This document shows positions 1-13,465 of a stretch of DNA of 64,000 bases, in pieces. The notes under the pieces were generated by a model. That model had not been told where the DNA came from. It made no database searches and saw nothing but the letters and a program-made list of their open reading frames with translations. The DNA comes from Eledone cirrhosa (Eukaryota): positions 42,408,001 to 42,472,000 of the forward strand of contig OZ024747.1 in the NCBI GenBank assembly GCA_964016885.1, given 5' to 3'. Position numbers and translations under genes: made by a program. Every line of letters begins with the position of its first letter. Position 1 is the stretch's first letter.

Positions 1-341
1 ACTCAACTAGTTGCAATGGACGAGATAGTTATTTGATTAAGGATAATGCATGTTAGTTGATGGCCGGTCTTAATATGTTTCGGGTCTCGAGCTGATGAGA
101 CACTTTCTTGCATGTTCTGTGCTCGGTTGACAGTGTAACAAAACGTAACTCCATTAACTTAATATTTGCTTCTGTTATGGATTTGTTCAACTCGGTGTTC
201 ATCGCATGTGAACATATTTGCATGGAGAAAGGTGTGGGATTGGGAGCTGATGCTACTTTCAATGACTTATTGTTTAACTCTAGGTCATCGTATTTAGTTA
301 CTTGTACATTTTCCAATGAATCATCCTGTGACCACGTAGAG

Positions 342-623
342 CAGAGATTCTCAAAGTGGGCGCTACCGCCCCTCAGGGTGTTGAGAAGATCCAGAGGGGT
401 TTAAGGGGGAGGTAGAGATGATATAACAGTATATTAAATATCAAATAATACATATTATATATATGGTAAAATAAAAAAAATATATAATCTTTATTTATAC
501 ATAGTACATATTATATTATTTACAATTTGCGTGTAGTCAGGTCTCTCTGGAAATAAGGGTGAGGTGCTGAGGGTATTACGTGACCATGAGGTGGGGTGGC
601 CCAAAAAAGTTTGAGAACCTCTG
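342..623. mobile_element. hAT (Charlie-like) non-autonomous MITE
   Basis: TIRs CAGAGATTCTCAAA / TTTGAGAACCTCTG, flanked by near-identical 8-bp TSDs ACGTAGAG (334-341) and AGGTAGAG (624-631). Confidence 0.8.
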
Positions 624-689
624 AGGTAGAGCAACGGTCAGGAACCTTTTCAATCTCAAGAGCCATTTTTAGCTTAACATAATAATTTG

Positions 690-915
690 AAGCGGCGAAT
701 TTGCAGAGTCGTTAGAACGTCTGATAGAATGTTTTGCGGTATTCGTTCCGGTTTTCAGAGCCTTGAGTTCAAATTCTGCCGAAGTCAACTTTGCCTTTCA
801 TCCAGTATTGAGGTCGTTTTATCCCCATGCCTCTTCTTCACATTCTCGCCTTGTCTGGAAGAAATCGGCAATGTATTCAGACCTGGAGAGGAGATGTGTG
901 TTGGCCCCTCCAACA
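690..915 (+). mobile_element. Decayed tRNA-derived SINE with GAAGAAATC...CAGACCTG tail (family also at ~11410-11710, ~16980-17190, ~17560-17750, ~42000-42240, ~50760-51025)
   Basis: A/B-box-like head (GCAGAGTCGTTAG...GAGTTCAAATT) and shared GTCAACTTTGCCTTTCATCC core. Confidence 0.6.
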
Positions 916-2404
916 GTTTCGACGACGAATGTTCCAGTTGTTTCGATTAACGAAACAAGCTATTCGTGAAATTAACTAAAAAAAAAAAGGGAGAAGTAGG
1001 GGTGGAAAAAGAAAGAAGTATAGGGTAATTAGTTATCGTCTATTTCACACACACACACAATTGCATAAAAAAGTACAACATATCCATGCTGGTTTCTCCG
1101 GCATTCTCCACTTGCCCTTTCAGTGAGACAAAGGCATTCGATGGGTCAAGAGTCAAGATCACTATAAATGCCTCTGGTATGACCTTTGTATTCTGCTAGC
1201 CCAGTTTTGCATCGATTCCGCTTTACCTCGCCATACACTCTTCTATGCTTTGTTCCACTCGATAGAACTTACATCGTTCCCTACATCGGTCAGGGCTTCC
1301 TTCAAATATTATTTTGAAGGCAATTGAAAACCAGCACCCTTGTTAGTCAGACAGAGATAAATTACCATCTTCTAAGGTAAAAAAAATAATCTCAGGCATG
1401 GAAGTATTTGTCTTAATCCCATACTTCGGTAGCCGACTGATGTTTAAATTTCTTTATTTTTTATAACGTACGCAAAAGAATTATTTTTTCTCCGTTTAAA
1501 TTAAAATTTTAGCTAACATTGCTTGTATGAGGCATGACACTAAAATTTGTTAAGAAATGTATTTTGCATGTGAAAATGTAATTGATTTTTGTATACATTT
1601 TTTTCCAAATACAAATGTTTTTATTTATTTGTTTTCGTTTTTGTGTGTGTGTGGGGGGGGGGGGGGGGGGGGAATTGAGAATTTTAGAGGCGTATCCTAC
1701 TTTGGTCGCTGTGATAAAATGCTTGGCTGGACAAATAGTGTTTCTGACAAAGACCATTTGTAGCCGATTTCTCAGACTTTAAGCGCTAAGAATATAAAGT
1801 TAATATAAAGAATGATGTGTTCATGCGCGGAGATGCTATAACATAGCTTATAAGATAGGGTGAAGACTCTTAAAAGACGGAAAAGGAAGTCGCCATCCGT
1901 CTTTTAAGGGTTTCACACTATTTTATGAGCTATTTTATCAGACTCTTTCACTAGAATCTAGACAATACCAACGAAATAAATACGTATGTCTGTATGCGTG
2001 TGGGTGTGCAGGTATGGATGTTATTGCATGTGTGGATCTGTATGTTTGAGTTTTATATGCACACGTGCATACGTTTCTGTATCCATACGTGTGTATATCA
2101 GACCTGCCAACCTCTAAAACACCAAAACGGGGAGAAATGAGGCAAAATTGGGAGATTTTACATAATGAGAGCTATACCCATTTTCATAAGAGAAGACATC
2201 TCTCACCCACCCCTGAGTTGACAGGTCTGGTGTATGTATGTACAGGGATGGTGAAAGCATTTCTGAATGGGGGGGAGGGGGGAATAAATTTGGTCAATTT
2301 AGTTGTAGTGATTAGTTTGGCTCTTTGCACTCTAAAATGGTCAGAAAATGCAATTTGAATCCAATATTGCATTTACGGCTTTCTTTAATAATAATAAAAA
2401 TAAT

Positions 2405-5400
2405 AATCATCATCATTTTACGTCCGCTTTTTCCTGCTTGCAAGGGTGGGATGGGTCCTATTCAGCACAGCATCTCTCCACTTGTCGCGGTCCTTCATCA
2501 TCATCTCTGTGAGCTTCCTCTACTGCGTCTTCCTTCTACTGGGATTTCTTGACACTTCTTTACCCAGCGGCCATCCTCCATGCGCATCACATGTCCATAC
2601 CATCTCAGTCTTCTCTCCTGCACACCACAACTTATCCCTCTTATACACAGTTTCTCTCTCAACTCATCTATGCTTGGTCGTTCACGCACATCCAACGGAG
2701 CATACTTGCTTCATTTCTCTCCAGCTGTCGCATATCCTCTGCAGTTGCTGCCCATGTCTCACTACCATGCAGCATCGCGCATCTCACACAGGCATTATAT
2801 AACCGGCCTTTCGTATTTCGTACGCAGGGAGAAACCCTTTTTTGTCAACAGAGGAAGCAGCTCCCTAAACTTCTTCCAACCCGTCCTTATTCTAGATACT
2901 ATGGCCTCGGAACAGCCCCCTCCCATGCTAATCTGATCACCTAGGTACCGGAAGCTATCAACCACTTCTATAGAACACTTCTGCATTGGAAAAATGTGTC
3001 TATCACAGCGATTACTACTGCCAACTTTCCCTGTACATCCACTGCATACGTAGTTTTCCCTGTCTGTTAGTTAGTTTGCCTGCTATCCCACTAATCTCTT
3101 GTGTACCCAAGATCTGCATTGCGTACATTTTATGGAATTTATGCCAGTTCCTTTCCTACATATCAAACATGGCCATTTCCCTGATGGAATCAGAGTTTTG
3201 TCCTCTTTTCTATTCATCAACACTTTTGTCCTATCTATGTTCACTCTCAGTGCTCTTGCTTCCAACTGCTGTTTCCATAGCCAGAATTTATTCTCTAGCT
3301 TCTCCACTGATTCTGCTATAAGAACCAGATTATCATCATAGAGAAGTTCCCATGGGCAGCCAGTCTTAAACTCCTCTGTTATGGCTTGGAGGACTATAAT
3401 GAACAAAAGTGGGCTGAGGACCGAACCCTGATGTACTCCTACTTGTATCTGGAATTCCTCACTAAACTCCATTCCTACTCTCACTTTACTGACAGCACCT
3501 CTGTACATAGCTTGCACTGTCCTCACAAGCCATTCCTCTACACTTAGTTTCCTTAGGGACCACCAGATGACAGATCGGGGTACCCTATCAAAGGCCTTTT
3601 CTAGGTCAACAAAAGCTAAGTATAGTGGCTTATTCTTCTATAAGAACCTCTCTTGTAGTTGTCTCACCAAGAAGAGAGCATCTGTTGTACTTTTCCCAGG
3701 CACAAAACCAAACTGCATCTCATCTAATTTGACTCTTTCTCTAATTAGTTGCGCTAATATTCTTTCTATCAGTTTTATGCCCTCATAATTGCTCCTCTCT
3801 AGAGCATCCCCTTTACCTTTGTAGCAATTTATGAGAATACTGCTGCACCACCATACATAGCTTGATTGATGATGCATGTAACCAGTTTAGTGCCTACTTC
3901 TCCTGATGCCTTCAGCATCTCAACAACTATCCCCGACGGTCTAGCGACCTTACCAATTTTCATTTCCTTAATTGCTTCTGGGACCCTATATTCACCAATC
4001 TCAATAGCTGGTCCCTGTCGGGTTTACTGGGGGTAATTTCTCTCTCTCCCATTCGTTCCCCACATTCATCAGTCTCTCATAATGACATTTCCAGTCCTCC
4101 TTTTTCTGATCATTCGTGACACTAAGTACACCAACATCATTCCAGACACATTTATCTCCAACAACATCCTGATTTACACTGACACACTGCCTTGCAATGC
4201 GGAACACAGCACATCTCTGATCTTCCTGTCGCAGAACATTGGCAAACCTCCTACTCTCAGCCTCCCTGCGTGCTAACTACACCTGACGTCTAGCTTCTCT
4301 CTTAGCAACTGTGTATCAGTCTCTACTCGCACCATTTTTCCAAGCGTTCCATGCTAGTCTTTTGTCTCTAATGGCCTTATCTAGCGTGCTGTTCCACCAC
4401 CAGGTCACTCTCTATCTGGTCGGAGCTCTGCTCCAGTCACAAGTTTATTCAGTAGCCTGCAGTAAGTTGACACGCAAGAAATTCCAGTTATCATCTATGT
4501 CATACAACTCTAAATCGTCGTCTTTTTCGTCGTACAGATCTTGAAGGGCTTTCCTAAATTTATATTTTAGTGATAGGTCTTTTAGCTTCCAGACCTTCCT
4601 TTTCCACACCTTCCTGTATGTCTCATTTTGTCTCTTGGTTACTGAGATGTCACTAACCACTAACCTATGCTGTGGGGTTCATTCTTCCCCGGGGTATGCC
4701 TTAGTATTTGACACCATTTGTCCGTCTCACTGTCTAACTAGCAGGAAGTCAATCTCGCTTATGTGCTCGCCTGATTTGTAGGTTATTAGGTGGTTGGTAT
4801 GTTTCTTGAAGTTAGTGTTGCAAATGGTTAGTGCACTTGCATCGCAAAATTCACTCCATTTCTTGAGCTGTAGCCGTGCCTACCATGTACCCCAGTGTAT
4901 CCATCCTGGAGCTGTCCAACATGACCATTGAAGACCCCTGCTAGCATAACGATGTCTCTGTCTTCTGTCATTGCGGCTGTTTCTAAAAGTTGCTCGTAAA
5001 AGCAGTCTTTCTCTTCTTTACCTAGGCCTGCCTGGGGAGCATAGGCAGAGACCATTGTCAGTAGTCTCTTGCCTACAACTAACCTAAGCTTAATTATTCT
5101 ATTACTAACTCGAACTACCTCTATTGTCTTATTGATCCATCTCTCAGCCAGTAATATGCCCACCCCATCTAACCCATCATCATTACCCACCCAAAAAAGC
5201 TTATAACTAAGATGTTTGCCTGCGATTAGTTTCGCTGAGGCACCTCTCCATCTCACCTCTTGCATGCAGCACACATCCACATGCCTTCTCTCCAGCATCT
5301 CCACCAGATCTACCTGTTAGGGTGCCAACATTAAGTGTGGCAACTCTGAGATGTGATGTCTTCATATTCTTGTTCTTGTTGTGCGATTGCTTGATGACGG

Positions 5401-5830
5401 TCAGAGGGTTCTCGCACATGGCCACACCAGCCACCCCACCACCGTGCGCAACCCTAACATGGTTAGTGTTATTGTTGTTTACGCAGTTGTTGCAATTCTC
5501 ATTTGTTGTGCTCATAGTTTTTAGCATTAATATATACTGGTTGATTGCACCACTTTACAGGATGGACTGGGTGCTTTTATTCATACCACCAGCACTAGAG
5601 AGGTTGTCTTACTGAACTCGGGGGGGGGGGGGCTTCTCTCCCACTCCATTTTACAGCATGGACTGGGTGTTTTTATTTGTGTTATTTGTGCCACCAGCAC
5701 CAGGGAAGTTGTCTTACTGGAGTTAGGGGACTTCTCTACTCCGTACCAATTTATTTGGAGTGGTAGCTTTCCTAGACGGGTTGCCTACACTACGGCTTAC
5801 GGAGCCTCAGTCCGCCCCATGTCTGCGCTG
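2405..5830 (-). mobile_element. Near full-length, decayed RTE-clade LINE (APE endonuclease + RT)
   Basis: Fragments LRVATLNVGTLTGRSG, DVCCMQEVRWRG, SAYAPQ (APE); QFGFVPGKSTTDA, GVHQGSVLSPLLF, LLYDD, FRYLG, RRLRWYGHV (RT); (GAT)n 3' tail at ~2405; many stops and frameshifts. Confidence 0.9.
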
Positions 5831-7202
5831 AGTGGAACTTGGTTTAACATGCTATGTGCACGAGTGTTTAGCATACAGCGCCAGGCATGCATACAGGAAG
5901 GTGATAAATATAAGGTGGGTTAGTGGGTGGGATGAGAAATGGCGATTTCCTAGCCTCTGTTATCCTAAACACGGCTATTCTATATGAGCGATTTTCCATT
6001 ATGAATATACACACGTAAACAACACACATATATATATTAACAGCTATATAAATACAAACAGACATTAGTACATATAAATAAACATTGAAAGAAGGAAATT
6101 GACAATTTTTCACTTATCTTCTCTATGCCAAATATCATAAAGTGATTATAGCAAAATGACTTATGAAATCTGTCTCTGAATACACATATTAACAATTGAC
6201 AAATAGTGATATGTGGAGAAAAGGTTATGACATGACAAAAAAATTTACTGTAAAGGTTAACAATATATTACACTGTTATCAAATATCAACCAAGATAAGA
6301 TATAAAATACTATGATATGAGATAAACGTAACATGTACATAAATGGTAGAGTATATACAAATAGATGTGTTTTGGTAGTTTGGGGAGAAAAATATAATTA
6401 TTGGGAGGGAAGAGCATGACCCCCCCCCATTCCATTGCCCCTGATGTATGTATGAACACACATTGTCGTTTGAGGAAAATGATTTTGTGTATGTGTGCAA
6501 AAGAGAAAGTGAGATAAGAGAGAGAGAGTGCGGGAACGAATGATATATACATATTAAAAATAGGGTGCACACACGACAAAACAATGGAAAAACGGACAGT
6601 CCCATCTCCTCAGTCAATCTCTGGAAATCACTTCGGTTTTGGTGCATTAAGGTTGATACCATTCATTCCAGTGCGTATTAGGACATAACAAAATAGGTAG
6701 AGATAAGTTATCCCTTTAGGCAAATTACACAAATATAGAGTAAACATGAGCTTAGCCAAAGGAGAAAATATAGAAAGAACTGAAATAATAAATCAGAAGA
6801 GGATAAAGGGTGTTATCCAATGTGCAGACAAAGAAGGACACTGAGGCGTAGAAAAGTTAAGAGAGAATAGAGGGAAACATGCCGGGCAGTGTGATGTCTA
6901 TTATATGATAGTTTTAAAAAAACCCCAATAAAACACATGGTTAAGTCATTAAAATATAAATTCAAAATAGGGAGTGCACAGGACAAAGGCAATGAAAACA
7001 ACAAAACAATGGAAAGGCGGACAGTCCCATTGAAATGTTCAAAATCCAAACTCTGATTCGCTACAATGGTAATAGCATTAGAAAATTGGGTAAAATATCC
7101 TGAGGGACAGAAAATAAGTGGCCAGCAGCCACTACAGAATTGGACTCTGTATCTCTTGAATTATGGCTTTATGTTTATTTGTTTATTTGGTTTCTTTTGC
7201 AG

Positions 7203-7436
7203 TTTACACTTATATACAAAGTCGTTTCTACCGGTCACCAGAAGTGATATTAGGTATTCCGTACACGAGCCAAATTGATATCTGGAGTTTTGGTTGTATT
7301 CTTGCTGAACTGTACACAGGTTATCCTCTCTTCCCTGGTGAGAATGAAGTAGAGCAGCTCGCCTGTATAATGGAAATATTCAGCTTACCAGAGGAGAACT
7401 TTCTAAACAAAGCAACAAGGAAAAGGTTATTTTTTG
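7203..7436 (+). CDS. DYRK4: DYRK kinase exon (subdomains VIII-X)
   Basis: ttttgcAG acceptor, GTGAG donor; [21 protein letters not shown]...[34 protein letters not shown]. Confidence 0.92.
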
Positions 7437-8373
7437 GTGAGTTCATTTATAAACATTTATTGATCTGTGGTCTTTTTCTCTTTTTTCTTTCTGGTTAATT
7501 TTGATAAAATGCCTATCTATAGAGCTCTGCTTGTAGACGCAGCATGGCCAAATAGTGAAAAAGTTTATTTCGCAGTCATTAGGTCTCTGGTTCAATCCCA
7601 CGGTGTAACATCTTAGGCAAGGGTCATTTACCATAGCCGAGGGTTGACCCATGCCTTGTGAGTAATATTGTGTAGTGGGGGAACTGTTTGGAAGCCTGTT
7701 ACATGGACTATACCTATAATTCAAAGGCCAACCATGTCACAGACTGTGTTATGCTGAATCTCCCTGAGAATTACATTAAGAGTACACACATCAGTAGAAT
7801 GCTCAAGAGTAGGCTGTTCTGTTGATTGAATGTCAAAACTAACGGAGGTTCATTACTGTTATGCTTATATTTAATTATATATATATTTATTATTATTTTA
7901 TCTGCATTGGTGATGCAGTTGATGTTCCCCTTAAACAGTTTTAAGCTGAAGGCCTCAGGAATAATATAAAGACTCTATCCATGAATTTTGAAGGCGAGCT
8001 GTTTAACTCAAAACCAACAGATTCACTGCAATTCATATGACTTGCTGAACATTCACATTCATAAACCCAATTTTTACTTTACAGCTCTGATTTGTTGTTT
8101 TGTTGTTGTTGAGCACCATATGAACCCAGATCAAACATGCTTACAACATCAAATACGCCTCAGAAATGTCCCTTCTGGTATATTTCAAATATAAGAACTT
8201 CCTTATAAAATGTATTTTCCTTTTTTCAGGCAGTAAGGTGCAGTTTATGGAAGGTTTAGCTACCATTTCTAGCAGGTTCAGTGGCCAAACAGAGAATAGA
8301 CATTTCCCCATGGGCTTAGGTTAATTTAATTATAAAATAGTTTAAGCATATTGTGTTATTAAGTTTAAGCCAA

Positions 8374-8560
8374 GGGCAGTGGATTGGCAGTATCGGTAGA
8401 GGGTCGGACGCCATGCTTTGACGCATAGAGTTACGGCCCTTGCCATTCTGAGTTCAAATCCCGCCGAGGTTAACTTTGCCTTTCATCCTTACGGGGTCGA
8501 TAAAATAAAGTACCAGTAATACACTGGGTAATTGCTGGCCTTGTGCCAAAAGTAGAAACA
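8374..8560 (+). mobile_element. tRNA-derived SINE family A, full length with TSD
   Basis: A-box TGGCAGTATCGG and B-box GAGTTCAAATCC; 19-bp TSD GTTATTAAGTTTAAGCCAA (8355-8373 / 8561-8579). Confidence 0.88.
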
Positions 8561-8802
8561 GTTATTAAGTTTAAGCCAATCCCTGAGTTGCTGTTGACTA
8601 TCTTATCAGAGGCTATCTGGAATCCGATATATTTTAAACTTAATATACTTTCATACACTGATCTAACTAAAATAGAACATAGTAGCCTAAAAAGAGAAAC
8701 AAGACTGTTCATAAGATGAAAATTTTACCCAAAACATCAGATTTCCCTTGTTCACTTTATGATCTTTTTTATTATTAAAAAAAGGATTTTTCTTATCTTC
8801 AG

Positions 8803-8932
8803 ATTCAAAAGGAAACCCTAGAACTACGACGAACAGTAAGGGAAAGAAACGGCGTGTAGGTGGTAAAGAATTGCAACAAGTTATTAAAACGGGAGACTAC
8901 AGCTTCCTTAATTTCATCAGAAGTTGTTTACA
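8803..8932 (+). CDS. DYRK4: DYRK kinase exon (CMGC insert)
   Basis: cttcAG/GTATGA; DSKGNPRTTTNSKGKKRRVGGKELQQVIKTGDYSFLNFIRSCL; phase 1 in, phase 2 out. Confidence 0.9.
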
Positions 8933-8972
8933 GTATGAATGAACTTTGTTCTTTTTTGTTTCTTTTTTGACA

Positions 8973-9003
<31 letters not shown>

Positions 9004-9174
9004 TATCAGGACTTGAAAGACCAATGAAAACATTGCTTTCTTGGTTCAATCTGATGATCTAATGACACCCCATTATTTATATATATATATATAAATGCAT
9101 GTATAGAGTATTTAGTAATATACTGTATGTTTTAATTAAATATACTATACATTGCTACTTCAGAGCACCAATAC

Positions 9175-9175
9175 T

Positions 9176-9207
<32 letters not shown>

Positions 9208-11287
9208 GGTTTAGCGTCCGTGTTCCACGCTTGCATGGGTTTGGACGGGGGTTTTCCCACTTGAGGCAAGAGTGGTTGTCTTGCTCGCATAGGACTATCT
9301 GGCGGGTTTTCTACAGTTGGATGCCCTTCCTAACACCAACCACATTTACAGTGTGGGGCTGGGAGGTTTTTACCGTGTTGCCTACACGGCCACATTACAG
9401 CGTGGACTGTCTGGCGGGTTTTCTACAGCTGGATGCCCTTCCTAACACCAACCACATTTACAGTGTGGGACTGGGAGGTTTTTACCGTGTTGCCTACACG
9501 GCCACATTTACAGCGTGGACTGTGTGTTTTTTTGTTGTGACACCTACACGATCTCATTTGTTTCGGCCTGGATGTTGTGGGACCAACATAACTTTACATT
9601 GAAAGGGGCGGTGTGGGTGGGGTGGAGGTGGTGGGACGGGGGTGTGTTTTGATAGAGATGCCTACTGACTGTAGTAGGTTTTTACTTTGTATTTAGGTAA
9701 GGCGGGTCTTCTCTATTACTGAGCACCGCCAAAGGTCACGGTCCAGTGACATTGTCTTGGAGAGGTGTAAGCGTGTGAGGTCGGAATTTATCAGCTCGTC
9801 CCATGTTTTTCTGGGTCTGCCTACTCCGTGGCTACCGTCTATCTTTATTGCCCTGCACTTTGTTATACAGCTGTCGTCTTTCATGCGCATCACGTGACCG
9901 TACCAACGTAGCCTTCTCTCGAGTAAACAACATCTGATCCCTCTTATTTCTAATTTTTTCCTTAGTTCGTTTATGCTTTGCCGTTCACGTATATTACTAT
10001 TGCACATCCAGCGGAGCATGCAAGCTTCGTTCCTCTCTAGTCTGCGTATATCCTCTGCACACAATGCCCAGGTCTCACTGCCATGCAGCTTGCTGTTCGT
10101 ATGCAGGCATCGTATAACCTGCCTTTCATTTTTAGGGAGAACCCTCTAGCGGCTAATAGTGGTATAAGCTCTCTGAACTTTTTCCATCCAGTTCTGACTC
10201 TAGCTACTGTACTTTCAGAGCACCCTCCCCCACTGCTGATTTTGTCACCCAGATAACGGAAGCTGTCCACTATTTCTATAGAACCCTCTGCGCAGTTGAA
10301 GGAGCTAGTATTTTGTGGGCACTTGCTGCTACTTATTGCACCAGAGCACCGGCCACATGTAAAATCTATGTTCTTAGTTAGCTTACCTGTGATCCCAGTA
10401 CATCTTTTATGCACCCATACTTTGCATTTGGGACATAAAATGGAGTTTCTACCTACGCCTTTCCTACACACTGAGCATGGCCATTTCCCAGATGGGACCG
10501 CCGCCTTATTTTCTTTCCTACAAACTAGAACTTTAGTCTTAGCCAGGTTAATTTTAAGGCCTTTTGATTCTAGGCCGTGCTTCCATGTTTGGAATTTCTT
10601 CTCTAGTTCGGTCATTGATTCAGCTATGAGCGTTAGATCATCTGCGTATAGGAGTTCCCATGGGCAGCCGGTCTTGAACTCCTCTGTTATAGCCTGAAGG
10701 GCAATAATAAATAGTAGGGGGCTAAGAACAGAGCCCTGATGGACACCAACTTTTACGCTAAACTCTTCACTATATTCGTTGTTAATTCTAACCTTACTGA
10801 CTGTTTCTTTATACATGGCTTGTATAGCTCTCACAAGCCATTCGTCAACACCTAGTTTTCTAAGAGACCACCAGATAATGGAACGGGGGACTCTGTCGAA
10901 GGCTTTCTCCAAGTCGACGAAAGCTAAGTATAGGGGTTTACTTTTAGCTAGGTACTTCTCCTGTAGTTGTCGTACAATGAAAAGAGCGTCTGTGGTACTT
11001 TTGCCTGACACAAACCCGAACTGCATTTCATCTAGATCAATTCTCTCTCTGATTAGTTGCGCTATTACTTTTTCCGTGACCTTCATGACCTGGTCGATTA
11101 ATTTAATGCCTCTATAGTTACTCCTATCTAGGGCATCTCCTTTTCCCTTATAGCAGTTAACGATGATGCTGCTACGCCATTCCTTCGGAACAACCCCATT
11201 CTGTACGACTTGGTTAACTATCCGGGTGACCATGGTGTGTCCCACCGAACCAGATGCCTTCAGCATCTCAGCAACTATTTCCGAAGT
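9175..11287 (-). mobile_element. 5'-truncated, relatively young RTE-clade LINE (RT domain + 3' UTR)
   Basis: Long ORF 10037-11362 with NYRGIKL, FVDLEKAFDRV, GVHQGSVLSPLLF, YADD; one frameshift near 10085; 3' UTR with ~112-bp tandem duplication; (GAT)n tail; 5' end abuts (TA)n. Confidence 0.93.
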
Positions 11288-11291
11288 TGTA

Positions 11292-11322
<31 letters not shown>

Positions 11323-11797
11323 CACTATGCTGATGATATATGTCATGATGTGGTTCCATCACTAGGGATATTAGTGACCTTTGTCATATTGGTTTTAAAC
11401 ACACTACAGCAGTGAATTGGCAGAGTCGTTAGAACGTCAGATAGAATGCTTGGTGGTATTCCTTCCAGCTCTCTGCTCTCTGAATTCAAATCCCACTGAG
11501 GGGAACTTCACCTTTTATCCATTCGAGGTCAATAAAAAAAAAAGTACCAAGTTTAATACTGGGGTCAATTCTAGATCTCTTTCTCACTTCCATTCTATCA
11601 ACCTCTATCCTTTTCTGGAAGAAATCTGCTATATTCAAACCTGAAAAGTAGATGGACTCGGCTAGGTTTAAAAATGCCCTAGAAATGTCAGATGTCAATA
11701 CAGCGCCTCTACGACTCCCTTACATTCATATACAGGAAGATGAAATGTTCAGTTGTACTGTTACAATCCAATAGATTATTGGACTCACTACAAAAGC

Positions 11798-12724
11798 TTT
11801 TGACATACATATAATACATGTACAACTGGCTCACCAGTCTTTTGACATACGTATAATACATGTACAACTGGCTCACCAGTCTTTTGACATACGTATAATA
11901 CATGTACAACTGGCTCACCAGTCTTTTGACATATGTATAATACATGTACAACTGGCTCACCAGTCTTTTGACATACGTATAATACATGTACAACTGGCTC
12001 ACCAGTCTTTTGACATACGTATAATACATGTACAACTGGCTCACCAGTCTTTTGACATACGTATAATACATGTACAACTGGCTCACCAGTCTTTTGACAT
12101 ACGTATAATACATGTACAACTGGCTCACCAGTCTTTTGACATACGTATAATACATGTACAACTGGCTCACCAGTCTTTTGACATACGTATAATACATGTA
12201 CAACTGGCTCACCAGTCTTTTGACATATGTATAATACATGTACAACTGGCTCACCAGTCTTTTGACATACGTATAATACATGTACAACTGGCTCACCAGT
12301 CTTTTGACATACGTATAATACATGTACAACTGGCTCACCAGTCTTTTGACATACGTATAATACATGTACAACTGGCTCACCAGTCTTTTGACATACGTAT
12401 AATACATGTACAACTGGCTCACCAGTCTTTTGACATACGTATAATACATGTACAACTGGCTCACCAGTCTTTTGACATATGTATAATACATGTACAACTG
12501 GCTCACCAGTCTTTTGACATACGTATAATACATGTACAACTGGCTCACCAGTCTTTTGACATATGTATAATACATGTACAACTGGCTCACCAGTCTTTTG
12601 ACATATGTATAATACATGTACAACTGGCTCACCAGTCTTTTGACATATGTATAATACATGTACAACTGGCTCACCAGTCTTTTGACATATGTATAATACA
12701 TGTACAACTGGCTCACCAGTCTTT
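11798..12724. repeat. 42-bp minisatellite, ~22 copies
   Basis: Unit TTTGACATAYGTATAATACATGTACAACTGGCTCACCAGTCT repeated head-to-tail with no spacers. Confidence 0.97.
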
Positions 12725-13127
12725 CGTTGCAATACATGCAACATAGCAATTATTGCCCCTATCAGAGGGCGTGCAGAATCGTTAGTGTGCCAGATAAAAT
12801 GCTTGGTAGTATTTCATCATGGCTCTTTACCTCCTGAGTTCACATCCTGCCGAGCTCAAATTCTTCTTTCATCCTTTTGAGTTCAATAAAATAAAGTACC
12901 AGTCAAATACTATTGTCGATATAACTGACTCCTCCCACCAAATTACTAGTCTAGAGTCTTATTTAGAAACCATTATTGTCTTGGTTTATGTCACAGGGAT
13001 AAAAGGCACATTATCTTTTAGGAAACGTTACCCGTGATACAGTAACATCCCCTCCCCTACCTCCCCCAGATTTGTTTCTGCTCAGCTGAGTAGGCTCCTG
13101 TTATTAGTAAAAAAAATTTTAAGAACT

Positions 13128-13300
13128 CCAGTTATTAATGAAAGGGATAACGTTAAGGGTACCTGTTATTAATGAAAGGGATAATTTTAAAGGATCCTGT
13201 TATTAATGAAAGTATTAAGGGATACTTTTAAGGGATCCTGTTAGTGAAAGGGATAAATTTAAGGGCTTCTGTTATTAATGAAAGGGATGATTTTTAATTT
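13128..13300. repeat. Degenerate ~30-40-bp tandem repeat
   Basis: Repeated (CTG)TTATTAATGAAAGGGATAA..TTAAGGG units. Confidence 0.7.
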
Positions 13301-13364
13301 GAAATGCTCGAGCCAGCTTCTCAATGAACTGATACAAGATGTTTTGTATAATTCTATTTCATAG

Positions 13365-13465
13365 TTGGGACCCCGAGGAGAGAATGACACCAGATGAAGC
13401 GATGCGGCACGAATGGATTCGAGATTCAGTGAATACAAATAAATTACGAAATAATAAAATGAGTT
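13365..13465 (+). CDS. DYRK4: DYRK kinase exon (subdomain XI)
   Basis: ttcatAG/GTAAG; WDPEERMTPDEAMRHEWI. Confidence 0.9.

Noticed and set aside
53-316. Possible hAT transposase C-terminal remnant
   Set aside because: Only weak resemblance (..KKVSH) next to hAT MITE ends; cannot be supported without a homology search
1100-1380. Exon-like block ending AAG|GTAA as an upstream DYRK exon
   Set aside because: No HCDLKPEN/DFG kinase motifs recognisable; the preceding kinase exon is probably outside the window
11709-12749. 346-aa and 318-aa repetitive ORFs; CRISPR-like look
   Set aside because: Artefact of a 42-bp (multiple of 3) stop-free tandem unit; there are no unique spacers and no cas genes, and the context is a eukaryotic intron
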